A stretch of DNA of 64,000 nucleotides, taken from positions 32,001 to 96,000 of the forward strand of contig JAXMOL010000021.1 in the NCBI GenBank assembly GCA_034669905.1, in the 5' to 3' direction. Below, one piece after another: positions 52,224-62,291 of this stretch. Each line of letters opens with the position of its first letter. Within the stretch, counting starts at the first letter, position 1. The DNA comes from Candidatus Hydrogenedentota bacterium. GTDB taxonomy: Bacteria; Hydrogenedentota; Hydrogenedentia; Hydrogenedentales; JAEUWI01. The notes below the pieces were generated by a model. That model worked only from the letters and a program-made list of their open reading frames with translations, ran no database searches and was not told the origin of the DNA. The position numbers were made by a program, and so were the translations under genes.

Positions 52224-52853
52224 ATGGCTATGGCGACACTGGTGGTATTGACGGGATTGGCGGCGTTGTTGGCTGGGGCCGCTGCGGATGTGGAAGAGAA
52301 GCAGGCCGCGCCTGCGAAGGAGACGCCCATGATTTCCCTCTACGATTTCGACGGTGATGCACAGCGGTGGCGTATTGTCGATGACGGTGTCATGGGAGGG
52401 CGCTCCCAGGGTAATTGGGACTCAAGCGCGGGGGTGGGCGTCTTTTCTGGCACCTTGTCGCTGGAGAACAATGGGGGCTTTTCATCGGTGCGCTCCGACA
52501 ACGTAGTCGCATCGTGCGCAGGGGCGACGGCCTTCCGCATTCGGGTCAAGGGCGACGGGCGCACCTACCAGTTTCGGGTGCGGAGCAGCGCGGCCTTTGA
52601 CGGTGCGAGCTACCGCATGATGTTTGACACGAAGGCCGGGGAATGGCAAGAGATTGACCTGCCCCTGGAAGACTTTGAGGCGTCCTTTCGCGGACGCGTG
52701 CTGGGAGACTATCCGGCGCTGGAGGGTGAAAAGGTGGTGACGGTGGGATTCTTGTTGGCCGATAAGAATCCGGGGGGCTTCCAGCTGGAAGTGGACTGGA
52801 TAAAGGCGAAGACGACGGGCACACCGGACGCTGCGCCTGCGGAAACCCCCTAA
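52224..52853 (+). CDS. CIA30 family protein
   Basis: WRIVDDGVMGGRS, SLENNGGFSSVR, KGDGRTY, FRGR; signal peptide. Confidence 0.9.
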   Translation: MAMATLVVLTGLAALLAGAAADVEEKQAAPAKETPMISLYDFDGDAQRWRIVDDGVMGGRSQGNWDSSAGVGVFSGTLSLENNGGFSSVRSDNVVASCAGATAFRIRVKGDGRTYQFRVRSSAAFDGASYRMMFDTKAGEWQEIDLPLEDFEASFRGRVLGDYPALEGEKVVTVGFLLADKNPGGFQLEVDWIKAKTTGTPDAAPAETP

Positions 52854-52893
52854 ACGGTTGCACCGCTGTTGGGACGCGAAGAAGCGCCCGTGC

Positions 52894-54336
52894 CTACGCG
52901 AGCAACTCGTGGATCACTTCACCGAAGACATCGGTGAGTCGGAAGTCCCGTCCCTGGTAGTTATAGGTCAGGCGCTCATGGTCCATCCCCATGAGGTGAA
53001 GAATGGTGGCCTGCATGTCGTGGACGTGTACGGGCCGCTCCGTGACATTGAAGCCGAGCTCGTCGGTGGCGCCGATAGTCTGACCGGGCTTGATGCCGCC
53101 GCCCGCAAGCCACATGGTGAAAGCCTGGGGGTGGTGATCTCGGCCCATGCTGCGGCCCAGCGCGGCGATAGATTCGACCATGGGGGTGCGGCCAAATTCG
53201 CCGCCCCAGACGACCAGCGTGTCTTCCAGCAGGCCCCGGCGTTTTAAGTCGGTAATCAGGGCCGCGCAGGCCTGATCGGTTTCTTTGCACTTACCTTTCA
53301 GCCCACCGGCCACATCGCTGTGGTGATCCCAGCTTCCGTGGTAGCAATTTACGAAGCGGACACCCCGCTCCACCATACGGCGTGCGAGCAGGCAGTTGTT
53401 GGCGAAGGACGGCTTGCCCGGATCGGCCCCGTAGAGGTCGAGGGTTTCCTGGCTCTCCTGTCCGAGATCGATGAGATCAGGGGCGCTGCTCTGCATCTTG
53501 TAGGCCATTTCATAGGCGTTGATGCGGGCGGTAATCTCGGGGTCGGCCAGAGAGTCGAAGCGGTGCTGGTTCAGCTGGTTGATGAGGTCGATGTTGTTCC
53601 GCTGCAAGGTCGCGTCGATGCCGTCGGGGCTGTTCACATTTAAGATGGGACTGCCCTGGCTGCGGAATGGCACCCCCTGGTACTCGGTGGGCAGGAAGCC
53701 ACAGCCCCAGTTGTGGGCCCCGGCGCTGAGTCCGGCACCTGAATTAAGTACCACGAATCCGGGCAGGTCGTCTGCCAGACTTCCGAGGCCATAGGTCGCC
53801 CAGGAGCCAATGCAGGGGCGCCCCTGGAGGGGAGAGCCCGTGTTGATGAAGAGCTGGGCGGGCGCGTGGTTAAATTGGTCGGTATGCACCGAGCGCACGA
53901 TGGCGAGGTCGTCGGCCACCTTGGAGAGGTGGGGGAGTAACTCGGAAAGCTCCGCGCCGGACTGGCCGTGACGCGCAAAGGCGAAGCGGGAAGACATGAG
54001 GGCGGCGTCGGGCTGAATGAAGGCGTAGCGCTGGTCTTTGACCAGGTCGGCGGGGATAGGCTGGCCGTCATATTGGGTGAGCACCGGTTTGTGGTCGAAG
54101 AGATCGAGTTGGCTGGGGGCTCCCGCCATGAACAAATAGATAACGTGTTTGGCCTTGGGCTCAAAGTGGGACGCTCTTGGCGCGAGGGGATTCGCCGGGG
54201 CAGCGGCTTGGGCAGTACGGCCACACAGCAGGGAGGCCAGGGCAATTTTGCCCACGCCTACCCCACATTCCCGGAAGAAGTGGCGCCGGGTGGTCTGGCG
54301 TAGGGGATGATCGCGTCTCGTTGCTTGGTCCGTCAC
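52894..54336 (-). CDS. DUF1501 domain protein (Tat signal)
   Basis: [51 protein letters not shown] start with GAGG RBS (ORF extends to 54363). Confidence 0.92.
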   Translation of the reverse strand: MTDQATRRDHPLRQTTRRHFFRECGVGVGKIALASLLCGRTAQAAAPANPLAPRASHFEPKAKHVIYLFMAGAPSQLDLFDHKPVLTQYDGQPIPADLVKDQRYAFIQPDAALMSSRFAFARHGQSGAELSELLPHLSKVADDLAIVRSVHTDQFNHAPAQLFINTGSPLQGRPCIGSWATYGLGSLADDLPGFVVLNSGAGLSAGAHNWGCGFLPTEYQGVPFRSQGSPILNVNSPDGIDATLQRNNIDLINQLNQHRFDSLADPEITARINAYEMAYKMQSSAPDLIDLGQESQETLDLYGADPGKPSFANNCLLARRMVERGVRFVNCYHGSWDHHSDVAGGLKGKCKETDQACAALITDLKRRGLLEDTLVVWGGEFGRTPMVESIAALGRSMGRDHHPQAFTMWLAGGGIKPGQTIGATDELGFNVTERPVHVHDMQATILHLMGMDHERLTYNYQGRDFRLTDVFGEVIHELLA

Positions 54337-54340
54337 AGTA

Positions 54341-57300
54341 CTAACCTCGGGTAATGGTTTCATCCAGATTCAACACGGCCCGGCTGATAAGGGTCCAGAG
54401 GGCCTGTTCGACCTGTTGCTCGGTGTCCGTCGTCTCACCGCCCGCACTCAATGCCTGAAGCAGTTCGGGCGTCTGTGCCCGAAGGAGGGTGCGTTGCGTC
54501 GTGAGATAGTCCATCATGGCGTCCCGTTCCACCTCATCGGGGGTGCGTGCAAGACACCGGAGAAACAAGGTTTCGATGCGCTGTGCGTCATCCTGTGGGA
54601 CCTCTTGAAGCAGAGTCGCGGCCATGCGCCGGGCGGCCTCCATAAAGACCTCGTCGTTCAACAGGGTGAGGGCTTGCATGGGAGTGTTGGTGCGAAGGCG
54701 TCGCACACAGACCATGTCCCGTGCCGGCGCGTCGAATACCGCAGCGGTCGGGTAGGGCAGCATACGCTTCCAATAGGTGTACATCCCCCGACGGTGTCGG
54801 TCGGCACCTGTGTCGGTCTTCCACTGGAAGCCCCCATAGACAAACTGAAGCAGGCCATCGGGTAAGGGGGGAAACACGCTGGGCCCCCCAACGGAGGTAT
54901 CCAGCGAACCACTGGAGGCCAGGGCGATGTCGCGCACCAGCTCGGCATCGACCCGGAAACGGGGAGCCCGGGCGAGATAGACGTTGGTGGGATCCAGGGT
55001 CTGGTGCTCGGCGGTAATTCGTGCCGATTGGCGATAGGTGTTGGAGGTGACGATGAGGCGCACCATGTCCCGCGTGCTCCAGCCCCGACGCATGAACTCG
55101 ACGGCGAGCCAGTCGAGCAATTCCGGGTGGCTGGGTGCTTCGCCCATGATGCCAAAGTCTTCGGTGGTGTTCACGATGCCCCGGCCAAATAGCTGCTGCC
55201 AGAGGCGGTTCATCGTGACGCGGGCTGTCAGGGGATTCTCTTCGCTCACCAGCCACTTCGCCAGGGTCAGGCGATTGCGTGGGGCAAACTCGGGCAGGGG
55301 GGGCAGGACCGCCGGCACGTCGGGTTTCACGGCCGCCCGGGTTTCGAGGAACTCACCCCGGTGGTGGATGTGGCTCGTGCGCACCCGTTCCCGCTCTACC
55401 AGGGCCAGCGTCGTGGGCTGTTGGGGACGGGATTTCTCAAGCTGTTCGATTTCCTGCTGGATCTCGGCCAGGAGCGGTGTGTGGGCCAGGAAATAGTGCT
55501 CGAGGGTCTCCCGTTCCGATGGCGTGTGAGTCGTTTGGAGGAGGAGCCGTTCAATGGGGGCTGGCACGCCCGAGGCCATAGGGGCCGGGTCGTTGGTCAC
55601 CGAGAGGCGGAAGCGCCCGAGGGTGTGTTGGTGGATGTATTTCTGTTCCAGGGTGACATGAAACTGGGTGCCGCTGGGGAAACCGATGGGCGACGCGAAG
55701 GGGTAGACCGCCGCATGGGCCTTTCCCTCGCCCCCGTGGATAGACCAGCCCGTATCGGCTTTGCCATCGAGAGATTGGGCCGCCGTCTTGTCGCCGTTGG
55801 CGAAGCTCTCGGTGGCGCCGGTGAGGGAGACTGGAATCTTCGTGGCAGGGTCGTTCCAGGGGGATGCGGTTATCTTGATGCCTGTAAGCAAAAAGTCACC
55901 TTCCGAGAGGATAACGCCCCGTCCCGGACCGTTTCCGGGCAGGCTTTCATGGGGGAGTACTTCGAGTCGGAGTCCGGTAATGCCCTCCACATCGGTGCGG
56001 AGACTCAGGTCGTAAATATCGTTGTTGGGCAAGTCGCCGGTGGCGAGGATGGAATCGTCGGGAAGTCGGACCAGGGTTGTGTGTTTTTGGGCCGTCATCT
56101 CCAGGGGGGTGAGGGGCTGCCAATCCTGGCTTTTGGTCGCCACGTCTGCGGCCCACGCCTCAAATTGTTCCGAGAAATAGGCGGCCCGCCGGGTGGCTTC
56201 GGGTACGGTAGAATCGGGCACCTGGCGCGTCAATCGTTCCAAGCGCACGTTGCCGAGGGTATGCTGGTTACCAAACTGTTGCACCAGATGGATTTCGATG
56301 GGCTGGGCTTCGGCGAGTTCCAAGGGGTGTTCAAAGTAGAAGACGGCACGTCGGTCTCGCTGCACACCTTCCGGATCGCCTGCGATACCCCAGCCCGTGT
56401 CCATTTTCCCGTCTATTGCAGCACTGATGGGGTAGTTTTCCTGGGAGAAATCTGCCTCGGCGTGGGCGAAGCGCAGGCTGCTGCGGGTGTCGCCATCGAG
56501 GCGATAGCCGGTGAATTCACTTAAGACGAAATTACCATGGGCCGAGCGGCCCGGGCCCGAGTCGCCCTTCAGGACGTGGAGGACTAGGCCATCCACCCGC
56601 CCGGCGGGCAAGGTGATCTGAAGGATGTAGGTGTTCTTTTCTGCATCGGCGGCCTGAACGTCTACCACACCATTTTCCAGAATCGGGAGCGTGCCCCCGG
56701 TCTCTGCGCGGGCCACATTGGGTGTCAGGGGCGTTGATTGGTTCTCCGGCGGCCCGGCGGGAAAACGGTCTCGCAAGGAAGCGCGAAGGGCGTCGATACG
56801 CGCTTGGTGGGCCTCCTGCTTCGCCGTGATGACCGGGTCAGGCACTTCAAGGGTGATGTCATCGGTATTGTTGAAGAAGGCAAAGAACTGGAAGTATTCC
56901 CGCTGGGTGATGGGATCATATTTGTGGGTGTGGCACTGGGCACAGCTGAAGGTCAATCCCAAGAGGGCCGTGGCGGTTGTATTGGCCCGGTCCACCACGT
57001 TTTTGTAGCGGAATTCCTCCACATCGATGCCACCTTCTTCGTTGAGCATGACGTTGCGGTGAAATCCCGTGGCAATGCGCTGGGACAAGGTGGGGGACGG
57101 CAACATGTCGCCCGCGATTTGTTCGATGACGAAGCGGTCGAACGGCATGTCATCATTAAAGGCATCGATGACCCAGTCGCGGTAGGGCCAGATACTTCTC
57201 GGTCGATCTTTTTCGTAACCGTTGGTGTCGGCGTAGCGGGCTGCATCCAGCCATGTGATGGCCTGCCGTTCGCCGTAATGGGGTGAGTCGAGAAAGGAAT

Positions 57301-57961
57301 CTACCAGGGCTTCATAGGCGTCGGGCCGGGTATCCGCGATAAAGTTACGCACTTCCTCGGGCGTCGGGGGCAGTCCCCGCAGATCGAGGCTGAGACGCCG
57401 AATGAGGGTGTGGCGGTCGGCTTCGGGAGAAGGACTCAGACCGTTCTCCGCCATGCGCTGGAACACGAAGGCGTCGATGGGATTGGCCACCCAGGAATCG
57501 TCCGGGAGTGTTGGCGGCGCTTTGGGCTTTGGCGTTTCGAAGGACCAGAAGGTGGGCGCTTCGGTTTTCCGGGTGGGGTCGGCTTGGGTGCCGTAGGGGG
57601 CACCGGCTTCGATCCAAGTGCTTAGTGTTTCGATGGCTTCCTTCGGAAGGGCGGGACCCTTCGGGGGCATTCGCAGGGCGTCATCCTCGGAGAGAATGCG
57701 GTGCAGAAAGGGGATGTGTCCTTCTGCATCCTTGATGAACGGCGAGGCCCCCGCGTCGCCCCCCAGGTGGGCATCGTCCCCATTGCTGAGGCGTAAGCCG
57801 CCCTTTCGTTTCGTGGGGCCATGGCACTCAAAACAATGGGCCTCCAGCAGGGGTGCTATCTGGGCCTGGAAATCAACGGATTCACCGATCGCGGCACCAG
57901 GTGTGAGCAGCAGTAGTAGTGCGGTAACGCTCAGAATCCGGTCTCGTGCACTGCAATTCAA
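54341..57961 (-). CDS. PSD1/planctomycete cytochrome c protein (DUF1549/DUF1553)
   Basis: CFECH and CAQCH haem-type motifs, [33 protein letters not shown] start after GGAGGT (ORF extends to 58048). Confidence 0.92.
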   Translation of the reverse strand: MNCSARDRILSVTALLLLLTPGAAIGESVDFQAQIAPLLEAHCFECHGPTKRKGGLRLSNGDDAHLGGDAGASPFIKDAEGHIPFLHRILSEDDALRMPPKGPALPKEAIETLSTWIEAGAPYGTQADPTRKTEAPTFWSFETPKPKAPPTLPDDSWVANPIDAFVFQRMAENGLSPSPEADRHTLIRRLSLDLRGLPPTPEEVRNFIADTRPDAYEALVDSFLDSPHYGERQAITWLDAARYADTNGYEKDRPRSIWPYRDWVIDAFNDDMPFDRFVIEQIAGDMLPSPTLSQRIATGFHRNVMLNEEGGIDVEEFRYKNVVDRANTTATALLGLTFSCAQCHTHKYDPITQREYFQFFAFFNNTDDITLEVPDPVITAKQEAHQARIDALRASLRDRFPAGPPENQSTPLTPNVARAETGGTLPILENGVVDVQAADAEKNTYILQITLPAGRVDGLVLHVLKGDSGPGRSAHGNFVLSEFTGYRLDGDTRSSLRFAHAEADFSQENYPISAAIDGKMDTGWGIAGDPEGVQRDRRAVFYFEHPLELAEAQPIEIHLVQQFGNQHTLGNVRLERLTRQVPDSTVPEATRRAAYFSEQFEAWAADVATKSQDWQPLTPLEMTAQKHTTLVRLPDDSILATGDLPNNDIYDLSLRTDVEGITGLRLEVLPHESLPGNGPGRGVILSEGDFLLTGIKITASPWNDPATKIPVSLTGATESFANGDKTAAQSLDGKADTGWSIHGGEGKAHAAVYPFASPIGFPSGTQFHVTLEQKYIHQHTLGRFRLSVTNDPAPMASGVPAPIERLLLQTTHTPSERETLEHYFLAHTPLLAEIQQEIEQLEKSRPQQPTTLALVERERVRTSHIHHRGEFLETRAAVKPDVPAVLPPLPEFAPRNRLTLAKWLVSEENPLTARVTMNRLWQQLFGRGIVNTTEDFGIMGEAPSHPELLDWLAVEFMRRGWSTRDMVRLIVTSNTYRQSARITAEHQTLDPTNVYLARAPRFRVDAELVRDIALASSGSLDTSVGGPSVFPPLPDGLLQFVYGGFQWKTDTGADRHRRGMYTYWKRMLPYPTAAVFDAPARDMVCVRRLRTNTPMQALTLLNDEVFMEAARRMAATLLQEVPQDDAQRIETLFLRCLARTPDEVERDAMMDYLTTQRTLLRAQTPELLQALSAGGETTDTEQQVEQALWTLISRAVLNLDETITRG

Positions 57962-58280
57962 ACTCCTACCTCCAAGGTGGGCTGTGGGGTGCAACCGTTG
58001 CGCACCCCGCGCCATCCAGAATAGCAGATTTCCCATCGAGAGTCCCAATCGCAGTCCACGACGATCTCATGAAAAAGCGTAACGAATGGAGACAGATTTC
58101 GCGTCGCGCGATCTTCACCACACGAGTCGAAAGGACGTTGCTGGGGTTCGTTTGCTTGGAGCACAGGGGCGCTGAGCGGTTAAGGGATTGCCCGGGACGC
58201 GCGCCCGAGTTGAATCAGGATACGTTTAATGCAGTGGCCCTGAATCGCGCGCAGTGCTTCTCGGCGCCGCGAAGGGACCA

Positions 58281-58316
58281 AAAATAAAAAACGCTGCGCG
58301 CGAAATGCGGGCAGCG
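58281..58316 (-). terminator. Intrinsic terminator of the 35-aa sORF
   Basis: CGCTGC..GCAGCG hairpin followed on the minus strand by a T-rich tract. Confidence 0.7.
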
Positions 58317-58341
58317 GTAGGTGCAAGACGGCTCTTCGGAA

Positions 58342-58449
58342 CTAGAGGTTGACCCCGAAGAAGCTCAGGAAGACAATGAGTGCTTCGAAGATGTTGATGA
58401 ATTGCGTGATCTCTGCGATGAAGGCCAGCAGTTGGTCGAGTACAGTCAT
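58342..58449 (-). CDS. Unannotated 35-aa hydrophobic/amphipathic small protein
   Basis: MTVLDQLLAFIAEITQFINIFEALIVFLSFFGVNL*; AAGGAG RBS; mostly C/G third positions; terminator 25 nt downstream. Confidence 0.7.
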   Translation of the reverse strand: MTVLDQLLAFIAEITQFINIFEALIVFLSFFGVNL

Positions 58450-58779
58450 GGTAAATCAAGGCTCCTTGTTAGCGTAATGTGGGTTGCAGGGGACACCCGC
58501 TCGCTGGGTCCACCTGTTAAGACTACGGACGGAACACCGTGGGCATCAAACGAGGCCCTATGGTACCAGTCCCCCGTAGTAGATTTCACTACCGATGTGC
58601 ACGGCCGCAGTCGTCGTGGCGGGCGGTGTGAGCGGTAACACCGACGTTGTCCGCTGGCGGACGCTTGAAGCGGCGAGGCGTTCCAGGTTTCTCAGGGGGG
58701 GGGGCTGGAACCGGTTGTGCGCCCCTTGCTATCCTCCTGTAGTTTTACCAAATCAAGGGCGAGGAGTCTTTACCCTGCT

Positions 58780-59571
58780 ATGAAGCGATTTCAACTGGTT
58801 GAGCTGGAGGACCTGCCATGGTTCCCCAGGCATCTTCGTGATTACATTACAGATTTTCTTCGTTTTGTGGTGGGGCAGATGGATTTCTACGCCGCCATTC
58901 CTTCGTTGGTGCTCCGTGGGCTTGGGAAGGGGCCATCGTCGCAGATTGTTGATCTCGCATCTGGCGGCGGCGGGGGATGGCCATCTCTGATAGCGCGGGT
59001 GCGCGAGCTCCGTCCAGACGCTTCCGTAATTCTTACGGATCGCTATCCGAATCTTCGGGCTTTCGAGCAACTGACGGCCCAGGCCATCCCAGGTCTGGCG
59101 TGTTGTCGAGACGCTGTCTCCGCGACGGCCGTCCCCGCTGACATGAAAGGCATGCGGACGCTGTTTCTCTCTTTTCACCACTTTTCGCCTGAATTGGCGC
59201 AGGGTATCCTGCAGGACGCGGTAACGAGGGGCGAGGCAATTCTGATTGTGGAGATACAAACCCGTAGCCTCGGCGATTTCATGAAGCACCTGTTGTCTCC
59301 GTTGCTTGTATTGATTGTCACACCTTTTATTCGCCCCTTTCGTCTGGGACGTCTTTTTTACACCTACGTGGTGCCCCTGTTGCCCCTGGTGCTCTGGTGG
59401 GACGGCGTGGTATCGGTGTTGCGAAGCTATCGCGTGGACGAGTTGGAAGCAATGGTGGGCCGACTGGAAGGTGGGGAGCACTATGCCTGGGAGATGGACA
59501 GGGACGATTCCGGGAGGGCGCCGGTGCATTATTTGTTGGGTGTGCCCCAAGGGCGGGATGGCGCTGCGTAA
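58780..59571 (+). CDS. Class I SAM-dependent methyltransferase
   Basis: IVDLASGGGG, LTDRYPN, SFHHF, WDGVVSVLRSY; GAGGAG RBS. Confidence 0.85.
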   Translation: MKRFQLVELEDLPWFPRHLRDYITDFLRFVVGQMDFYAAIPSLVLRGLGKGPSSQIVDLASGGGGGWPSLIARVRELRPDASVILTDRYPNLRAFEQLTAQAIPGLACCRDAVSATAVPADMKGMRTLFLSFHHFSPELAQGILQDAVTRGEAILIVEIQTRSLGDFMKHLLSPLLVLIVTPFIRPFRLGRLFYTYVVPLLPLVLWWDGVVSVLRSYRVDELEAMVGRLEGGEHYAWEMDRDDSGRAPVHYLLGVPQGRDGAA

Positions 59572-59788
59572 CGGTCACGCGATTGCTCCAGGGGGTGTAT
59601 CGACGCGTCCCCGTTCTTGCGGCGGGTGGGGACGGCGCGGCATCCGACCGTCTGTACCATATAGACGCCTTCCCCGTATATTGCCGGCGGGCCGTTAGTG
59701 CTCCATAGCCTGGTCGTTCTTGTACTGTGTCGGCGGGCCGTTAGCGCCTTCTGGTGGAGCCTCGGCTATTTTTTTGGGGGCTTACTGC

Positions 59789-59829
59789 AAAAAGAAAAAC
59801 CGCGATAAGACCGAAGTCTTATCGCGGTT
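59789..59829 (-). terminator. Intrinsic terminator
   Basis: AACCGCGATAAGAC-CGAA-GTCTTATCGCGGTT 14-bp stem plus T-rich tract on the minus strand. Confidence 0.8.
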
Positions 59830-59848
59830 GGATGTTACTGGAGGGATA

Positions 59849-61591
59849 TTACAGGGAGCTGAAGGCTTTCTGGAAGCCCGTTTCACCTTCCATGGCGACC
59901 TGACGTTCGGCGAGGGCCTGGATTTTTTCTTCAAAGCCTTCCACGCGGCTGGCGACGATCTTGTTCTCGATCTCCGTCTTCGCGGCGGGGGAGAGGTCTT
60001 CCATGAAGCCCCAGGCGGGATCTTCGCCCGTACCCTGGTTGGTGAATACGCCGATGTTCTTACCGTCGAAGGTGCGGTAGCTGACGCTGTGGTTGCCGTT
60101 CATGACGCATTCGGCCCACTTCGTTACGCGGGAACCGTAGGAGTCAATGACAGGAATCTTGCTGTAGAAGTATTCCTGCGACTGGGAGATGGCCAGTTCT
60201 TTCAGGTAGAGGCTCGTGTAGGCTTCCTGCAGGGCAGGGGCAACCCACTTGGCACCCGCTACCTGATCGCGCAGGGATTCTACGGCCGCGATGCGGGCAT
60301 TGCGGTCATACTTCTCCGGGGTCAGGGGAAGACCTTCCTTGATCTGAATGTAGAGGCGATCCACCGCGTGTCCCAAGGCTTCCTTGGTGGCGGCCCGGCG
60401 GGCGTCGGCATCTTCAAGCTGTCCAACCTGATTGGTCAGTCGCTCAACTTCGGCCGAGAGACCGCGCTGACGGGCTTCCGTGATGGAGAACTGATTGTTA
60501 AGCGTTTCGAACTCTTCGTTCCGCGCAACAAACAGGTCGTTCTTTTCGGAAAGCTCGGATTCGGTCCGCTGGAGAGCCGCTGTCTTTTCGGAAAGCTGAG
60601 ACTCCGTTGCAGCAAGTTCCGCTGCCGCTGCCTGAACATCGGTCTTCAGCTGCTCGAGCGCTTCGGGAGAGATGTCCTGAGCGACATCCGGGTTGATATC
60701 CCGGTAGGTCTCGAGTTCACGTTCCAGTTTGCTGACCTGACCATTCAAGCGGGTGACACTGGACTCTGCTTCGGCAAGTTTTTCCTTACTGGGATTCGGG
60801 AGGAATCCGAGCATGTCGGCGGCGTAGGGGCCGGCCACAATACCGATAATCAGGGCAATCACGGCCGCGATGACCAATGCGAGGGGGCTACCGCCTTTAC
60901 CACCGGAAGGCTCGGAAGCCGCCGGCATGCCGCCCATAGGCGCCCGCATGTCGGTGTCGGGGGAGAAGTCGGGTGCCGGGGTGCCCGCTGCGAAGGAAGG
61001 CGCAGCGCCTCCACCGCCGAAGGCGCCCGCATCAAAGCCGGGCTGGTCGCCGCCGCCCTGACCAAACATGGGGGTTTCCATGGCCTGGGTCGGAGCACCG
61101 GTACCCGTGCCGCTACCAAAACCGGAACCGCTTCCGCCACCAAAGGCGCTGTCAAACATGGGGGTGTCCACGTTCGAGTCGGGTCCCGGTCCAATTTCGG
61201 GGGTTTCGGGTGAGAAGTCGCTGTCGGCGGCCAGATCCTGGAATCCGGAGCCCACAGGACTCATGCCTTCGCTCGGCGTATGTCCGGCGGGCGTATCGAT
61301 GCCGGGCGTGCCTGAGGAGAAGGTGTCGGTGACCGCGCTGTCAAAGCCGGGGGGCTTTGGTTTCACGTTGCCGCCGGTGGGCTGGGGTGTTTCCACCTGG
61401 ATGTCGCTGATGGGGGGCAGGCCCGCGGAATCGGATGGCGTGCCACCCGAATCAAAATTACCTAATGGAGGCAAGCCACCATCGGAGTCCATGCCACCCG
61501 AATCGAAATCACTCAAGGGCGGTAGATTGCCCAAACCGGAATCGCCTGGAGTATCTAGATTGTCTTCGGGTTCGTTTTTGTCTTCAGCCAT
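59849..61591 (-). CDS. Bitopic membrane protein: acidic low-complexity N-terminus, TM, coiled coil, C-terminal globular domain
   Basis: About 260 aa G/P/D/S/T-rich with LPP repeats, TM LALVIAAVIALIIGIVAG, heptad-rich region; GGAG RBS. Confidence 0.8.
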   Translation of the reverse strand: MAEDKNEPEDNLDTPGDSGLGNLPPLSDFDSGGMDSDGGLPPLGNFDSGGTPSDSAGLPPISDIQVETPQPTGGNVKPKPPGFDSAVTDTFSSGTPGIDTPAGHTPSEGMSPVGSGFQDLAADSDFSPETPEIGPGPDSNVDTPMFDSAFGGGSGSGFGSGTGTGAPTQAMETPMFGQGGGDQPGFDAGAFGGGGAAPSFAAGTPAPDFSPDTDMRAPMGGMPAASEPSGGKGGSPLALVIAAVIALIIGIVAGPYAADMLGFLPNPSKEKLAEAESSVTRLNGQVSKLERELETYRDINPDVAQDISPEALEQLKTDVQAAAAELAATESQLSEKTAALQRTESELSEKNDLFVARNEEFETLNNQFSITEARQRGLSAEVERLTNQVGQLEDADARRAATKEALGHAVDRLYIQIKEGLPLTPEKYDRNARIAAVESLRDQVAGAKWVAPALQEAYTSLYLKELAISQSQEYFYSKIPVIDSYGSRVTKWAECVMNGNHSVSYRTFDGKNIGVFTNQGTGEDPAWGFMEDLSPAAKTEIENKIVASRVEGFEEKIQALAERQVAMEGETGFQKAFSSL

Positions 61592-61656
61592 GGAAGCCAG
61601 TCTCCGTAACTAGTTTGAATATAACTGTACTACGCCGGTGCGTAATCATCTGGGGC

Positions 61657-61685
61657 ATTCTAGCATGGGCCGGGCAGGGTGTCAA
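61657..61685 (-). promoter_or_regulatory. Near-consensus sigma70 promoter
   Basis: TTGACA-17 bp-TAGAAT with extended TG. Confidence 0.65.
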
Positions 61686-61831
61686 GAAAACTCCCAGCTC
61701 ATTTTTCTTTTTTTTTGAGGGCCCGAAGTCGACTAACTGCAGGCCCAATTTATAGTTAGAATTTTTCCCCTTTCGGGGGTGATTCCTTGGAATGAGGTTC
61801 TAATACTGCGATTACGTCGTTAATAAGCGGG

Positions 61832-62248
61832 CTAATCCAGCCGAACGCCAATGGTCAGCAGGAGATTGGCGTAAATCCGTTGTTCCCCCGTCACGATGCA
61901 GACACAGGTATCCGGACCCGACGCCGCGTCATAAAAGGCGTATCGGTCCAGGGGAGAAAGGCTCAATTCCGGGAGCCGGTCGCGAAACTCGGAAAAAATG
62001 GGGGGCTCGGAGCCATCATCGGGCACCATGACATGGGCCGCTTCCACCGGGATGGCGGTGGTCAGGGTTTCGAGCACATCGGTGACGGTGGGAAGGCCGG
62101 GCCGCAAATTGAGGTATACCAACTCGCTGTTCTCACCACACTTGGTGCTCGCCGGGTAATTGCCGTCGGCAATCAGGATGCGGGAGCCGTGGCCCGCCGC
62201 GCCAATGGCTTCCAGGAGTGTGGGATGAATCAAAGTATGCTGCAGCAT
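61832..62248 (-). CDS. RbsD/FucU family pyranase/mutarotase
   Basis: HP.LL...GHGS.ILIADGNYP, RYAFYD, TGEQRIYANLLLTIGV. Confidence 0.9.
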   Translation of the reverse strand: MLQHTLIHPTLLEAIGAAGHGSRILIADGNYPASTKCGENSELVYLNLRPGLPTVTDVLETLTTAIPVEAAHVMVPDDGSEPPIFSEFRDRLPELSLSPLDRYAFYDAASGPDTCVCIVTGEQRIYANLLLTIGVRLD

Positions 62249-62291
62249 AGGTCGTACTCTTTCGTTTGGTTTGGATTTCTCGTGGCCATCC

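Noticed and set aside
58321..58638. 105-aa plus-strand acidic ORF
   Set aside because: Antisense to the better supported 35-aa sORF, which has the RBS and terminator
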